DNA of 64,000 nt from Prevotella sp. (GCA_034183335.1 JAXFLJ010000015.1:3300-67299); one strand, 5' to 3'. Shown: positions 1 to 9,158, numbered from the stretch's first letter. The notes: generated by a model from the sequence alone, not told the origin. Translations and numbers: made by a program.

Positions 1-724
1 TCTTAGCGAAGGCCACTCTCGTGCCGTTTGGTATGTAGAAGGTTTGCATTCCGGTAGTAGTGAGAGCCTTGAGTTCCTCAAACGTATCGAGACGGGTCGG
101 ATCATTGACTTGTTCTTCTGTGAAGAAGGCTTTCGGATAGACACGAAGACCATAGTGAGTGTTGATGCCTGTCGCATGTCCTTTCTTGCCTGCACAGGCC
201 AATAAGTCGGCATTTACTCCGATATCGTTTTTCAGATAAAGCGTACCGCCTTCATAACGTAGTCTTGCTCCGTCATCGCTTATTTGGCCTTTTACCTTGA
301 TAAACTCGTAACGTTTTTTGAGATTGGGATCTGTTACTTCAACCGGTGCAATGGGTTCTTCTTTCGCTCCGAATGTGATGGTTGCATTTTCGGGTACGGT
401 AAAGAAGTCCATCCAAGAGACATAGTTAAGAGATATTGAGCCGGAAAGAATAATCTTGCCCGTCTCTACGCCCGGCATCTTGTCTTTAGATTCCTGTAAC
501 ATCATGCCATACGTGCCGTCCCACAGGTAGACATCTTTGTGTTCTTCGTCCACATAAAGGACTTGCAGCTTGTAGTTGCTGCCTTCGCTAAGCACCAGTT
601 CGCAGTTGGCTGCTTTTGTCCAAGCTTCAGATAGAGTCGAAACCTGTGCTCCTTGTGCGTTGGCTGTTGTCCCGATGCATAGCAAGAGGAGTGCCAACCA
701 CATGTAATGTAGTCTTTGTTTCAT
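1..724 (-). CDS. hypothetical secreted protein, partial (C-terminus lies beyond the left window edge)
   Basis: Hand-checked: the minus-strand frame is open from nt 2 to the ATG at 722-724. The N-terminus MKQRLHYMWLALLLLCIGTTANAQ looks like a signal peptide. It is missing from the ORF track only because the window edge truncates it. Confidence 0.6.
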   Translation of the reverse strand, partial: MKQRLHYMWLALLLLCIGTTANAQGAQVSTLSEAWTKAANCELVLSEGSNYKLQVLYVDEEHKDVYLWDGTYGMMLQESKDKMPGVETGKIILSGSISLNYVSWMDFFTVPENATITFGAKEEPIAPVEVTDPNLKKRYEFIKVKGQISDDGARLRYEGGTLYLKNDIGVNADLLACAGKKGHATGINTHYGLRVYPKAFFTEEQVNDPTRLDTFEELKALTTTGMQTFYIPNGTRVAFAK

Positions 725-764
725 AGAGTTTTGTTTTTATGTGTAATTGATTTGAATATGGAGT

Positions 765-772
765 CAAAGGTA
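765..772 (-). promoter_or_regulatory. Bacteroidota -7 box TAccTTTG for the partial gene at 1-724
   Basis: CAAAGGTA on the plus strand, 41 nt upstream of the ATG. Confidence 0.5.
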
Positions 773-1063
773 GTGACTTTTCCTTTCCGTCACAAAGGTT
801 TGGTTGAAAAAAGAACAAAAAAGAATTACTTGTATATGGAAAAGGAATGTTGACATGGCAAATTGCTGCCTTTCAGGGTAAGCGCATGGATTAGTCCGCT
901 GGACGGAAGGAGTTGCTTCGGAGGTATGTTCTTGTCTGTTCTCGCACCGTATGCCCCCGGTTGCATGTCGTCATGTGTCTTCCTGCGCCAGTTATGGATT
1001 GGCGTTTGCATGTTGTCTATGTGTTTTCGCCAGACAATACCACACCGTTTCTTGCTTTTTTTG

Positions 1064-1071
1064 TACCTTTG
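1064..1071 (+). promoter_or_regulatory. -7 box TAccTTTG upstream of miaB
   Basis: Match to the established Bacteroidetes sigma-A consensus TAnnTTTG, 24 nt before the ATG at 1095. Confidence 0.55.
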
Positions 1072-1094
1072 CACTTTCACAAAAGCAAATAGAC

Positions 1095-2561
1095 ATGAAA
1101 AAATTGTTCATCGAAACCTATGGATGTCAGATGAATGTGGCCGACAGCGAAGTCGTTGCGTCGGTCATGAAGATGGCTGGATATGATGCCACCGATGACA
1201 TTTCAGAGGCAGATGCCGTATTCTTGAATACATGTTCAGTGCGCGACAACGCTGAACAAAAAATATATAGACGACTCGAAGAACTGCATGCCATGAAGCG
1301 CAAGAGACTTTCAGAGGCTGCGGCAAGGGAGAAGTCGAAAGACGACAAGGCAGAAATGACAGCCGAAGTTACCGAGGGAGGCTTGATTATCGGTGTTTTG
1401 GGATGTATGGCCGAACGAGTGAAGGAAGACTTGATAACCAACCACCACGTAGATTTGGTGGCAGGCCCCGACTCATATCTTTCCCTTCCTGACCTCATTG
1501 CGCAAGCAGAGACAGGGCATAAGGCCATGAACATCGAACTGAGTACTTCCGAAACATACCGAGACATCGTTCCGCAGCGTCTTCACGGAGCACATATCGG
1601 AGGCTTTGTCAGCATTATGCGCGGTTGTAACAACTTTTGCCATTACTGCATTGTGCCTTATACAAGAGGACGGGAACGCTCGCGCGATGTCAAAAGCATC
1701 ATCCGCGAAGTGCTCGACCTGCGTGAAAAAGGATTCAAGGAGGTTACGCTCTTGGGACAGAATGTCAATTCTTACCGTTTTGTAGACCAGCAATCTGACG
1801 AGATTTCCAACGAAAATGGCATGGAACAGAATGCCGTAGAACTTCCGTCCGTCGAGTTGCTGCAAGGCGGTGATACCGACTTTGCACGTCTGCTGCGCAC
1901 CGTTGCACGTGCCGTTCCTGATATGCGGGTTCGCTTTACAACCTCTCATCCCAAGGATATGAGCGATGATACGCTTCGTGTCATTGCCGAAGAACCCAAC
2001 GTTTGCCGACATATTCACCTGCCGGTGCAGAGCGGAAGCGACCGGATATTGAAACTCATGAACCGCAAATACACACGAGAGTGGTACATGAGACGTATCA
2101 AAGCTATCCGTGACATCGTTCCCGACTGTGCCATTACTACCGATATATTTGTGGGTTACCATTCCGAGACAGAGGAAGACCACCGGCTTTCACTCTCGTT
2201 GATGGAAGAAGTGGGCTACGACTCTGCCTTCATGTTCAAGTATTCAGAACGCCCCGGCACTTATGCGTCCAAACATTTGCCCGACGATGTGCCCGAAGAG
2301 GTGAAGCTGCGCCGCCTGTCTGAATTGATAGAATTGCAGACACGCCTTTCGGCCGAGGCCAACAAACGAGACGAAGGTAAGGTGTTTGAGGTGCTTATCG
2401 AGGGTTTCAGTAAACGAAGCCGTGAGCAATTGTGCGGCAGAACGGGGCAAAACAAGATGGTGGTGTTCGACAAAGGCAACTGTCGTGTTGGACAACGTGC
2501 TCACGTTCGCATTACCGGCTCTACTTCGGCCACACTTCTGGGCGAGTTGGTCGGTTCATAA
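1095..2561 (+). CDS. miaB: tRNA (N6-isopentenyl adenosine(37)-C2)-methylthiotransferase MiaB
   Basis: N-terminus MKKLFIETYGCQMN, radical-SAM CNNFCHYC motif and a TRAM-like C-terminus. Start moved from the track ATG at 951 to 1095 because a TAccTTTG box (1064-1071) lies inside the longer ORF. Confidence 0.9.
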   Translation: MKKLFIETYGCQMNVADSEVVASVMKMAGYDATDDISEADAVFLNTCSVRDNAEQKIYRRLEELHAMKRKRLSEAAAREKSKDDKAEMTAEVTEGGLIIGVLGCMAERVKEDLITNHHVDLVAGPDSYLSLPDLIAQAETGHKAMNIELSTSETYRDIVPQRLHGAHIGGFVSIMRGCNNFCHYCIVPYTRGRERSRDVKSIIREVLDLREKGFKEVTLLGQNVNSYRFVDQQSDEISNENGMEQNAVELPSVELLQGGDTDFARLLRTVARAVPDMRVRFTTSHPKDMSDDTLRVIAEEPNVCRHIHLPVQSGSDRILKLMNRKYTREWYMRRIKAIRDIVPDCAITTDIFVGYHSETEEDHRLSLSLMEEVGYDSAFMFKYSERPGTYASKHLPDDVPEEVKLRRLSELIELQTRLSAEANKRDEGKVFEVLIEGFSKRSREQLCGRTGQNKMVVFDKGNCRVGQRAHVRITGSTSATLLGELVGS

Positions 2562-2685
2562 AGAGGGCGAGTTGGGCAGAGCTTGATGTACGTACGATGC
2601 CGCTTGACTGTTTGCCAGCTGTTGTTTTCCGCCGTATTTCGCTTGCGTGGAATTCCGTTTCTCTGCCTTCTTGCTGCATAATAAA

Positions 2686-2740
2686 AGCCCTGACGCATGG
2701 TTGTCATTGTCTCAATACCATGCGTCAGGGCTTTGGTTGT
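2686..2740 (+). terminator. intrinsic terminator after miaB
   Basis: Perfect 15-bp stem AGCCCTGACGCATGG / CCATGCGTCAGGGCT followed by a T-rich tail. Confidence 0.75.
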
Positions 2741-2784
2741 TGGTCGTGTCGACACAGGCCGCATTTTCATATACCATCATTTCA

Positions 2785-2977
2785 ATCCAATTCGGTCATG
2801 AGAGGCCGTGCTGAGTATTTGGGGATGTTGAGCGGATGTGCTGTCGTTTTTTGTGAAAGCGTGGCAGGTTGCATCAAGAAAAACGGCAAACAAGAGGATG
2901 GTTGTCGGAAGAAAGCTGTCGATAGGCAACGTCATCAGTGAGAAATGTTGTATTGGCAGTCTCATGGCTGATTGGGG
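2785..2977 (+). mobile_element. family-1 MITE-like element, short form (copy A)
   Basis: Termini ATCCAATTCGGTCATGAGAGGC and GCAGTCTCATGGCTGATTGGGG are inverted repeats. TTCA is present on both flanks. Intergenic, with no credible ORF. Confidence 0.7.
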
Positions 2978-3213
2978 TTCAACAGGCAAATTTTACGTTG
3001 TCCCCTTTCCTAAAGGCCTATTGACGCCGTCTTTCCTGTCAAAAAAAACACTGAATCGTTTGGTGGGAATAAAAGTTTGCTTATCTTTGCAGCGTCTTTT
3101 GATTATGGGATGGCCTTAGAAAAGGCACCTTTAAGTAATACACAAATACGGTTTTTGTTCCGAATTATTCAATGATTGACAGCATTTATATTTAATATTT
3201 AATCAAAGTAAGT

Positions 3214-3780
3214 ATGAAGAAAATGATGATGATGGCCATTTTGATATTGGCCACTTTAACAGTGAATGCACAAAACAGGGTTGGTACAACTACTATTCAG
3301 CCCAAAGTAGGTATGAACTTGGCCAATCTTGCAGGTGATTTTGATTCCGATTTGCGTGTGGGCTTGGTTGTCGGAGCTGAGTTTGAATACGGAGCTTCAC
3401 ACATGTTGGGACTTTCGGTAGGCGCATTGTACTCGATGCAGGGTGCAAAAGGTGATGGCACGACGCTTAAACTCGATTATATCAACATTCCAATTCTGGC
3501 TAATGTCTATGTTTCCAGAGGCCTTGCCGTGAAGATGGGATTACAACCGGGTTTCAATGTAAGCGCAAGGGCAAGTGCCAAAGTAGAGGGAGTGACAGTG
3601 GAAGGAGATATCGACGGAATAAAAACAGTTGACCTTTCTTTGCCAATAGGTATCTCTTATGAACGTAACAGATGGGTGTTTGATGCCCGATACAACTGGG
3701 GCTTGACAAAAGTCTTCGACGAAGGCTCTGCCAAGAACAGCGTATTTCAGTTTACATTAGGATATAAGTTCAGACTGTAG
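3214..3780 (+). CDS. outer-membrane beta-barrel (porin-family) protein
   Basis: Signal peptide MKKMMMMAILILATLTVNAQ, alternating beta-strand pattern and a C-terminal aromatic beta-signal ...FTLGYKFRL. Confidence 0.7.
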   Translation: MKKMMMMAILILATLTVNAQNRVGTTTIQPKVGMNLANLAGDFDSDLRVGLVVGAEFEYGASHMLGLSVGALYSMQGAKGDGTTLKLDYINIPILANVYVSRGLAVKMGLQPGFNVSARASAKVEGVTVEGDIDGIKTVDLSLPIGISYERNRWVFDARYNWGLTKVFDEGSAKNSVFQFTLGYKFRL

Positions 3781-3798
3781 TTGGCTGAATGACGAATG

Positions 3799-3839
3799 AA
3801 TCCCGATTTCAATCTTCTTGATTGAAGTCGGGATTTTTC
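3799..3839 (+). terminator. intrinsic terminator after the porin-family gene
   Basis: AATCCCGATTTCAATC / GATTGAAGTCGGGATT (one mismatch) followed by TTTT. Confidence 0.75.
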
Positions 3840-4029
3840 ATTTGTATGAGGTGTTTTTATCTGCAATTTGTCTGTTGATGCCCGATGGTTGACGGAGACA
3901 GGTATCGTAGAATCCGGGCAGATGTGCTGTAAGCGACATGTATCAGCATTTCAAAGAAGTCTTGGGGCATGTAATAGAGGTGTTGTGCAAGTAGGTCTCT
4001 TACACATGTATGCCCTTTTGTTAAATCCA

Positions 4030-4215
4030 TGTCTGCTGTCAGAGACCGTACTTTTTTCGTTCAGATGTTGAGCAAATGAACTGTCGTCTTGTTGAAAACG
4101 TAGTTCACTACACCGAGGGATTATGGCAGAGAAGATGCTGACAAGCGGACGAAAGAGGTCGAAAAGCAATGGCATTAGACATGAATAAAGCCTTAGCAAT
4201 CTAATGAATGATTGG
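4030..4215 (+). mobile_element. family-1 element, short form (copy C, left terminus degenerate)
   Basis: Its interior aligns by eye with copies A and B (GATGTTGAGC..CTGTCG.., GATGCTGACAAGCGGACGAAAG, GGCATTAGAC). Right terminus is CTAATGAATGATTGG. Confidence 0.6.
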
Positions 4216-4259
4216 AATTGATTGAGCAAGCAGGACAGAATCGGGCAATGACCGAAAAA

Positions 4260-4342
4260 CTACCAACGACTGGTAGGGCGTGTACCAATGCTTGGTACGA
4301 GCCGTACCAGTCGTTGGTACGTACAGTACCAGATATTGGTAC
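4260..4342 (+). repeat. hairpin-array module HA1: four tandem 17-nt hairpins with a 22-nt period
   Basis: CTACCA-acgac-TGGTAG, GTACCA-atgct-TGGTAC, GTACCA-gtcgt-TGGTAC and GTACCA-gatat-TGGTAC, separated by 5-nt spacers. Confidence 0.9.
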
Positions 4343-4410
4343 GATGACAAGATTTTACATACCATTTCCCCGGACATCCTTATGGGAGTAGAATCCGTGG
4401 CTCCTGTACT

Positions 4411-4830
4411 CCCCTATCGGTTATTAAGGAGCGTACAGATTTCGTTTGAATGTTGAGCAGGTTGCCTGTCGGTTTTGGATTAACCCAACACAATGCCCAC
4501 ATCAGCAAGTACCCAAATTCGGGGAATTTGGCGAGGGGGCTTGACGGACAGACACAGGGTCTGTCCCTACATTTTCACAAATGCCTTACCATATATAAGA
4601 TCATTGTTGTGTTGTTTTTCACGAATGTCTTGCCGTATATAAGATCATTGTAATGTTGTTTTTCACGAATGGTTTACCATTATATAATAGTATTATTGTG
4701 TTGTTATGGCTGCCGTCGTCGTAGGGACAGACCCCTGTGTCTGTCCGTGGCCGAAGGCGTAACGTGCTACGATGGGGAAAAACGGCGGAGAAGATGCCGA
4801 CAAGCGGACGAAAACAAGAGGAGAACAACA
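4411..4830 (+). mobile_element. family-1 element carrying the M2 module (copy D)
   Basis: Left terminus CCCCTATCGGTTATTAAGGAGCGTACAGATTTCG. The family-1 interior is interrupted after CTGTCGG by the M2 module and resumes at GGAAAAACGGCGGAGAAGATGCCGACAAGCGG. The right end is degenerate. Confidence 0.65.
4546..4746 (+). repeat. M2 module: 25-nt inverted arms enclosing three 44-bp tandem units
   Basis: Arms are GGACAGACACAGGGTCTGTCCCTAC (4546-4570) and GTAGGGACAGACCCCTGTGTCTGTCC (4721-4746). Each arm is itself a palindrome (GGACAGAC/GTCTGTCC). Units starting TTTTCAC(A/G)AATG begin at 4572, 4616 and 4660. Confidence 0.9.
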
Positions 4831-4834
4831 ACAT

Positions 4835-4887
4835 GAGTGCCCCAAGGGAAACACAATAAATTCTTCATGGGTTTCTCTGGGGCACTC
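4835..4887 (-). terminator. hairpin downstream of the GHL10 gene
   Basis: GAGTGCCCCAAGGGAAAC / GTTTCTCTGGGGCACTC forms a near-perfect 17-bp stem. The U-tail on the minus strand is weak. Confidence 0.5.
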
Positions 4888-4926
4888 ACTGAGTGGGTAC
4901 ACACTCAATTTATGCAGCGAAACAGA

Positions 4927-6441
4927 CTACAAAGTCACCTTCTTTTTGGCAGCCTTGCTCTCGTTGCTCATCCGATCCAACGCCGTAACCACATAGGTAC
5001 AACGAGTGTTTCCATCGACAACAGGTAATCTGTAAAAGGTGTTAGAGGTAATGGAAACTATCTTGGAGGCATTGTCAATATCAATGCTTTCTCCGTCATT
5101 AAAGCGGTAAATAACATAGCGCACAGCCTCATCACCCCATTTCTTGGCCGAAGGTGCAGTCCAGAAAAGTACTTGTCCGTCTGTAGTCCATATTGGCATC
5201 ACTTTCTTGGGTTTCTTAGGTTTCTTGTCGTCTATGAACGGCATCTGGGGAGGAAGCGCCGGAGTGCGCCAGTAGACATTGCGAAGTGCAGTGCCATAGT
5301 TACCTACATTGTCGACAACAGCCTTGGCATACCACAACACTGTGCCATTAACGTTTGACATCTGGGCATGAAGCCTGCGCTTGGCAGCCAACTGATGGGT
5401 GTTGCTATTCGACGGATCAGGATACTTAACAGTACGTTCCACATCTTCACCTACATACAAATGGCGTGCACCCGCATATCTGTTCCACCACGAAATGAGC
5501 GTGGCATAGTCGGCCGTAGGGTGTCCTATCTGCCAATATATCTGCGGAACGATATAGTCTACCCACCCGTTGTTGACCCAAAGCAGTACATCGGCATAGA
5601 GATCATCATAGTTTTGCAAGCCGCTGGTATTGCTTCCGAGCTGTGGAGCATTGCGTTTGTTACGGTAAATGCCAAACGGAGAGACCCCGAATTTCACCCA
5701 CGGTTTACGGCGGTGAATGGTTTCACTCAACTGTTTGATGAACAGATTGACATTATATCTGCGCCAATCTCCCTTGTCACGAATACCGTTGTTGTACAGA
5801 CGAAACTCTCTGTCATCGGGAATAACCTGTCCCTGCACCGGATAGGGATAAAAATAATCGTCGATATGCAAGCCGTCTATGTCATAACGGCTCACAATAT
5901 CGTCTACTACCTGACAAATAATATTGCGGTTTTCGGGGATGCCGGGGTTGAGAATGAGCTGTCCGTCGTAGGAGAAAGACAAGTCAGGACGGCGCACCCC
6001 GATATGATTGGTAGCCAAAGCTGTGGTATTCTTGGTCTTTGCACGGTAGGGATTAATCCACGCATGCAGCTCCATTCCCCTGCGATGACACTGCTCTATC
6101 ATCCATTTCAACGGATCCCAGTAAGGTTGCGGAGCACGTCCCTGCTGCCCGGTGAGAAAACGGCTCCAAGGCTCCAGCGAACTTTCATAGAGTGCATCGC
6201 ACTCCGGACGCACCTGAAAGATGATAGCATTGACACCGCTTTTACGCAGTTCGTTGAGTTGGTAAGCTAAAGTTTGTTGCATTTGCTGGGTAGACATGCC
6301 CAGAAATTGTCCGTTGACACATTGTATCCATGCCCCTCTAAACTCACGTTTGGGGGTTCTGGCCGCCTGTGCGGTGATGAAAAAAGACATCGAGAATATA
6401 GCGATAAACGCGCAAAAAGTCTTTACGAGATGTTGTTTCAT
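4927..6441 (-). CDS. glycoside hydrolase-like family 10 (DUF187/YngK-type) protein
   Basis: Family-level resemblance to GHL10 (REFRGAWIQCV..., HAWINPYR, DGLHIDDYFYP). Start set at MKQHLVKTF... (6441), which gives a signal peptide ending ITAQA. The 48-aa extension in the track is rejected. Confidence 0.75.
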   Translation of the reverse strand: MKQHLVKTFCAFIAIFSMSFFITAQAARTPKREFRGAWIQCVNGQFLGMSTQQMQQTLAYQLNELRKSGVNAIIFQVRPECDALYESSLEPWSRFLTGQQGRAPQPYWDPLKWMIEQCHRRGMELHAWINPYRAKTKNTTALATNHIGVRRPDLSFSYDGQLILNPGIPENRNIICQVVDDIVSRYDIDGLHIDDYFYPYPVQGQVIPDDREFRLYNNGIRDKGDWRRYNVNLFIKQLSETIHRRKPWVKFGVSPFGIYRNKRNAPQLGSNTSGLQNYDDLYADVLLWVNNGWVDYIVPQIYWQIGHPTADYATLISWWNRYAGARHLYVGEDVERTVKYPDPSNSNTHQLAAKRRLHAQMSNVNGTVLWYAKAVVDNVGNYGTALRNVYWRTPALPPQMPFIDDKKPKKPKKVMPIWTTDGQVLFWTAPSAKKWGDEAVRYVIYRFNDGESIDIDNASKIVSITSNTFYRLPVVDGNTRCTYVVTALDRMSNESKAAKKKVTL

Positions 6442-6589
6442 GATGGTTGATGTGAATAATTGGTGCGAAGATAGGCAAAAAATACCAAAGGACAAAGCAA
6501 TACATATAAAAAAGAGGATTCTCCCTGACGGTGAATCCCCCTTTGTATTGGTTTGCGTTGCCTCGCAAACGCATGCTGTTTGCAACCGA

Positions 6590-8761
6590 CTACATGAACA
6601 AGTAGCGGTTATCTGTTACATTAGCCTTGCGCTGAAGATCGAACTGCACCATGCGGAAGAGTTCGTTCAGTTCGGCCATGGCAGCCTGCTTGGCATACTG
6701 TTGTTCATCAAACTTGCCCGGAAGTGTACGTTTTGCTTTCACTTGGAAGAGATAAACGGCCGCATTTCCCTTGACGGGATGACTGACAAACTTGCCCTGT
6801 GCCGTTGCAGCTACTGCACCGCTGAGAGCCGGTTCGGAAGCCATGAGAGCCTGAATCATCGCCGGAGCAGCAAAAGTTACCTGATTAACAGCGGTTACTT
6901 TGCATCCTTTTTGCTTCGCAGCAGCAATGCTCTTCACACCGTTCAGCTTCTCTGCGAGCATGTTCGCTTTCTTTTCCTTCAGGGCTTCTTGCTTAACCAT
7001 CTCCTTCACTTGCGGATGTGAGAGCGGCAAATATCCCTTCGGATAAACTTTGGTAAGTGCAACAACGAGCAACTCATCATTGTCTCCGCACTTGAAGACA
7101 TCAGACATGTCGCCTTCTTCTGCCTCGAAAATCCACTTGAGGGCATCTCTCGTACTCTGAATACCAGCTACATTGCCCGCAGAAGTCGTTATACCAGGTA
7201 GTTCTTGCACCTGATATCCGGCCTTGGCAGCATTCTTTTCCATCGAAGCGAGGTCTCGGTTGGCTGCGGCAAAGGTTGTAAACTTGTTGTAAACAGCCTG
7301 AGATGTTTCCTCGGAGAAATCTATCGGTTTCTTGATAACCGCCAAATCATATCTGTCTTGCATGGCTTTGCGATCCAAGACTTGAACGATGACACTTACC
7401 TGAGTAAGGGGTACAATTCTATATTCATTGACTGCGGCAGCATTCAACGCTTGGATAAGCGGCAGGTTGTCCTTGGCTTGAAGCGCAGTTTGGTATTGCT
7501 GCATGCCGGTAAGCCATGCTTTTTCACCTTTTTGACCATATTTCTTAGCCAATGCGTCAAAGTCTGCCCCTGCCTGAAGAGCTTTCAGAACGCTGTCAGC
7601 CCTCTGCGAGGTCTCGGCAGTTGTCTTTCCTGCCACAGAAATTAAACGATATTCGATAGAATCAGGCAAAGACGTCTTTGAAATAAGCTTCATAACGTTC
7701 AGAGTATTGTCCTGCTTGTTTTCAAACGGCCCCATAACAGAACCGACAGACATAGAATCAAGTTTAGAAGAAATGTCGTTCGGGAATACGTTCTTACCTA
7801 CCGGAATACCAGCATACTGCAACAACGACTGGCTCTTACGAACAACCTTATCGGCATCGCTGCCTGCCTGTTGCAATTCCTGTACGAAACCTTGCATCTT
7901 TTTCTGCAATTCAGCACGGTCGGCAGCCGAAGCCTCTTTCTTCACCGATACATATTTAATCTCACGAATTTCCTGACCTACGTAGAAACGTTCCTTCAGT
8001 TCATCGTATTTCTTTTGCAAATCAGCATCTGTAAGTTTAACCTGATTGTCGTTGACAGACTTGTAGTCCAAATAAGCCAACTCTATATCGCTCTCTTGCT
8101 GACGGCCGTTAAAGGCGAGCTTGGCCTCAACGGGATTGGAAAGAACACTCTCTTGCAAAAGCACCATGTATTTTTGTGCGAGCAACGACTGACGCAACTG
8201 GTTCTCTTTGAACAACCAATACTTGTAAACCGGCGTCATCTGCTCTGCCATTTGCGGATTGTTCTGCTGTGCCTGCCTGTAGCTTGCGAGGAACTGTTTC
8301 AGTGCATTGGCATCAAAACGTCCTGTCTGCGGGTTGTGGAATTGCGGGATTGCCACCGAGGTAAGGAACTGGTTTGTGCCTTTGCTTATGATGCTCTGCA
8401 CCTCTTCTTCGGTAACCATCAGGCCAAGTTCGGTTGCCTGCTCTTCAATCATCTTTGCATTGACAAAGTCTTGCCACGCCCTTTCGCGTATCTGTTCGTC
8501 AGAAAGAGTCTGAACCGACATTCCCATGCTTTGCTGCAAGGCAATTTCGGTCTTCATTGCTTCAGTATATTCCTCCACATACTTCTGATAATCCAGTGCA
8601 TTGATGCTTTCTCCGTTAATCTCTGCAAGCCTTTGTCTGCGTTCATTGTTGGTAGATTCACAACCTTTGACCAAGTCTCCGGCCACAAATGCAAAGAGAG
8701 CGAAGCCTACAATGCCCATCAATATAGCTCCTTTGCTTCTGATTTTTCCTAATGCTGCCAT
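6590..8761 (-). CDS. ppiD: periplasmic chaperone / peptidylprolyl isomerase, PpiD-like
   Basis: N-terminal membrane anchor (MAALGKIRSKGAILMGIVGFALFAFVAGD) followed by a long SurA-N-like chaperone region. TActTTTG box at 8808-8815. Confidence 0.8.
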   Translation of the reverse strand: MAALGKIRSKGAILMGIVGFALFAFVAGDLVKGCESTNNERRQRLAEINGESINALDYQKYVEEYTEAMKTEIALQQSMGMSVQTLSDEQIRERAWQDFVNAKMIEEQATELGLMVTEEEVQSIISKGTNQFLTSVAIPQFHNPQTGRFDANALKQFLASYRQAQQNNPQMAEQMTPVYKYWLFKENQLRQSLLAQKYMVLLQESVLSNPVEAKLAFNGRQQESDIELAYLDYKSVNDNQVKLTDADLQKKYDELKERFYVGQEIREIKYVSVKKEASAADRAELQKKMQGFVQELQQAGSDADKVVRKSQSLLQYAGIPVGKNVFPNDISSKLDSMSVGSVMGPFENKQDNTLNVMKLISKTSLPDSIEYRLISVAGKTTAETSQRADSVLKALQAGADFDALAKKYGQKGEKAWLTGMQQYQTALQAKDNLPLIQALNAAAVNEYRIVPLTQVSVIVQVLDRKAMQDRYDLAVIKKPIDFSEETSQAVYNKFTTFAAANRDLASMEKNAAKAGYQVQELPGITTSAGNVAGIQSTRDALKWIFEAEEGDMSDVFKCGDNDELLVVALTKVYPKGYLPLSHPQVKEMVKQEALKEKKANMLAEKLNGVKSIAAAKQKGCKVTAVNQVTFAAPAMIQALMASEPALSGAVAATAQGKFVSHPVKGNAAVYLFQVKAKRTLPGKFDEQQYAKQAAMAELNELFRMVQFDLQRKANVTDNRYLFM

Positions 8762-8807
8762 TCTTTTATTATGCTATTTATGATTTAATTTCGTATTAAA
8801 AAGCGTA

Positions 8808-8815
8808 CAAAAGTA
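8808..8815 (-). promoter_or_regulatory. -7 box TActTTTG upstream of ppiD
   Basis: 47 nt upstream of the ATG at 8761. Confidence 0.5.
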
Positions 8816-9158
8816 CGAAGAAAAAACGGAAATACCACAAGCTTTGCCGCAAAAATGAAATAAAGAAGGCATAAATACCCATTTTACAGGATGAAAACCA
8901 GACATATACAATTCAAAACTCACCTTCAGAAGCACCTTCCCCAAACGAACATGGCGGCTGTTCTCAATATGCAGGAATGAAGCATTTATCAGGTGACATA
9001 TCGCAGAACCAAGCCGCTAGGGCGCATTTTGGCAATCCGAAAACATAAGAACTTGACAGACATACATGTTTTTCGCCACAATGCCATCACCTTGCTCGCT
9101 CTCTGTATTATGCACGTCAATCTTTCCAAATTTTATTTCATTAAACCCATTTTTTGTG

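Noticed and set aside
951-1094. Long N-terminal extensions offered by the ORF track for miaB. The same applies to recO (8993), the GHL10 gene (6585), ftsH (17425), yitT (22823), cobD (26228), the radical SAM gene (28613), the lipoprotein (35315), sugE (48832) and zapA (62044).
   Set aside because: The extensions are Cys/Arg-rich or low-complexity. They overlap upstream genes or contain the gene's own TAnnTTTG promoter box. The internal ATGs give canonical family N-termini or signal peptides.
3082-3089. TAtcTTTG box as the promoter of the porin-family gene at 3214.
   Set aside because: It lies 125 nt upstream of the start, and chance occurrences are expected about 15 times per strand per 64 kb. 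The evidence is too weak to list as a feature.
3951-4229. Recurrent peptide-like segments (LMPLLFDLFRPLVSIFSAI-type) in ORFs crossing family-1 copies. Other examples are 16172-16393, 57331-57576, 4619-4834, 28696-29097 and 2777-2989.
   Set aside because: The similarity follows from the DNA repeat. Starts and stops are not conserved, the frame is broken in copy B, and substitutions between copies show no clear synonymous bias. It is most likely an artefact of low stop-codon density.
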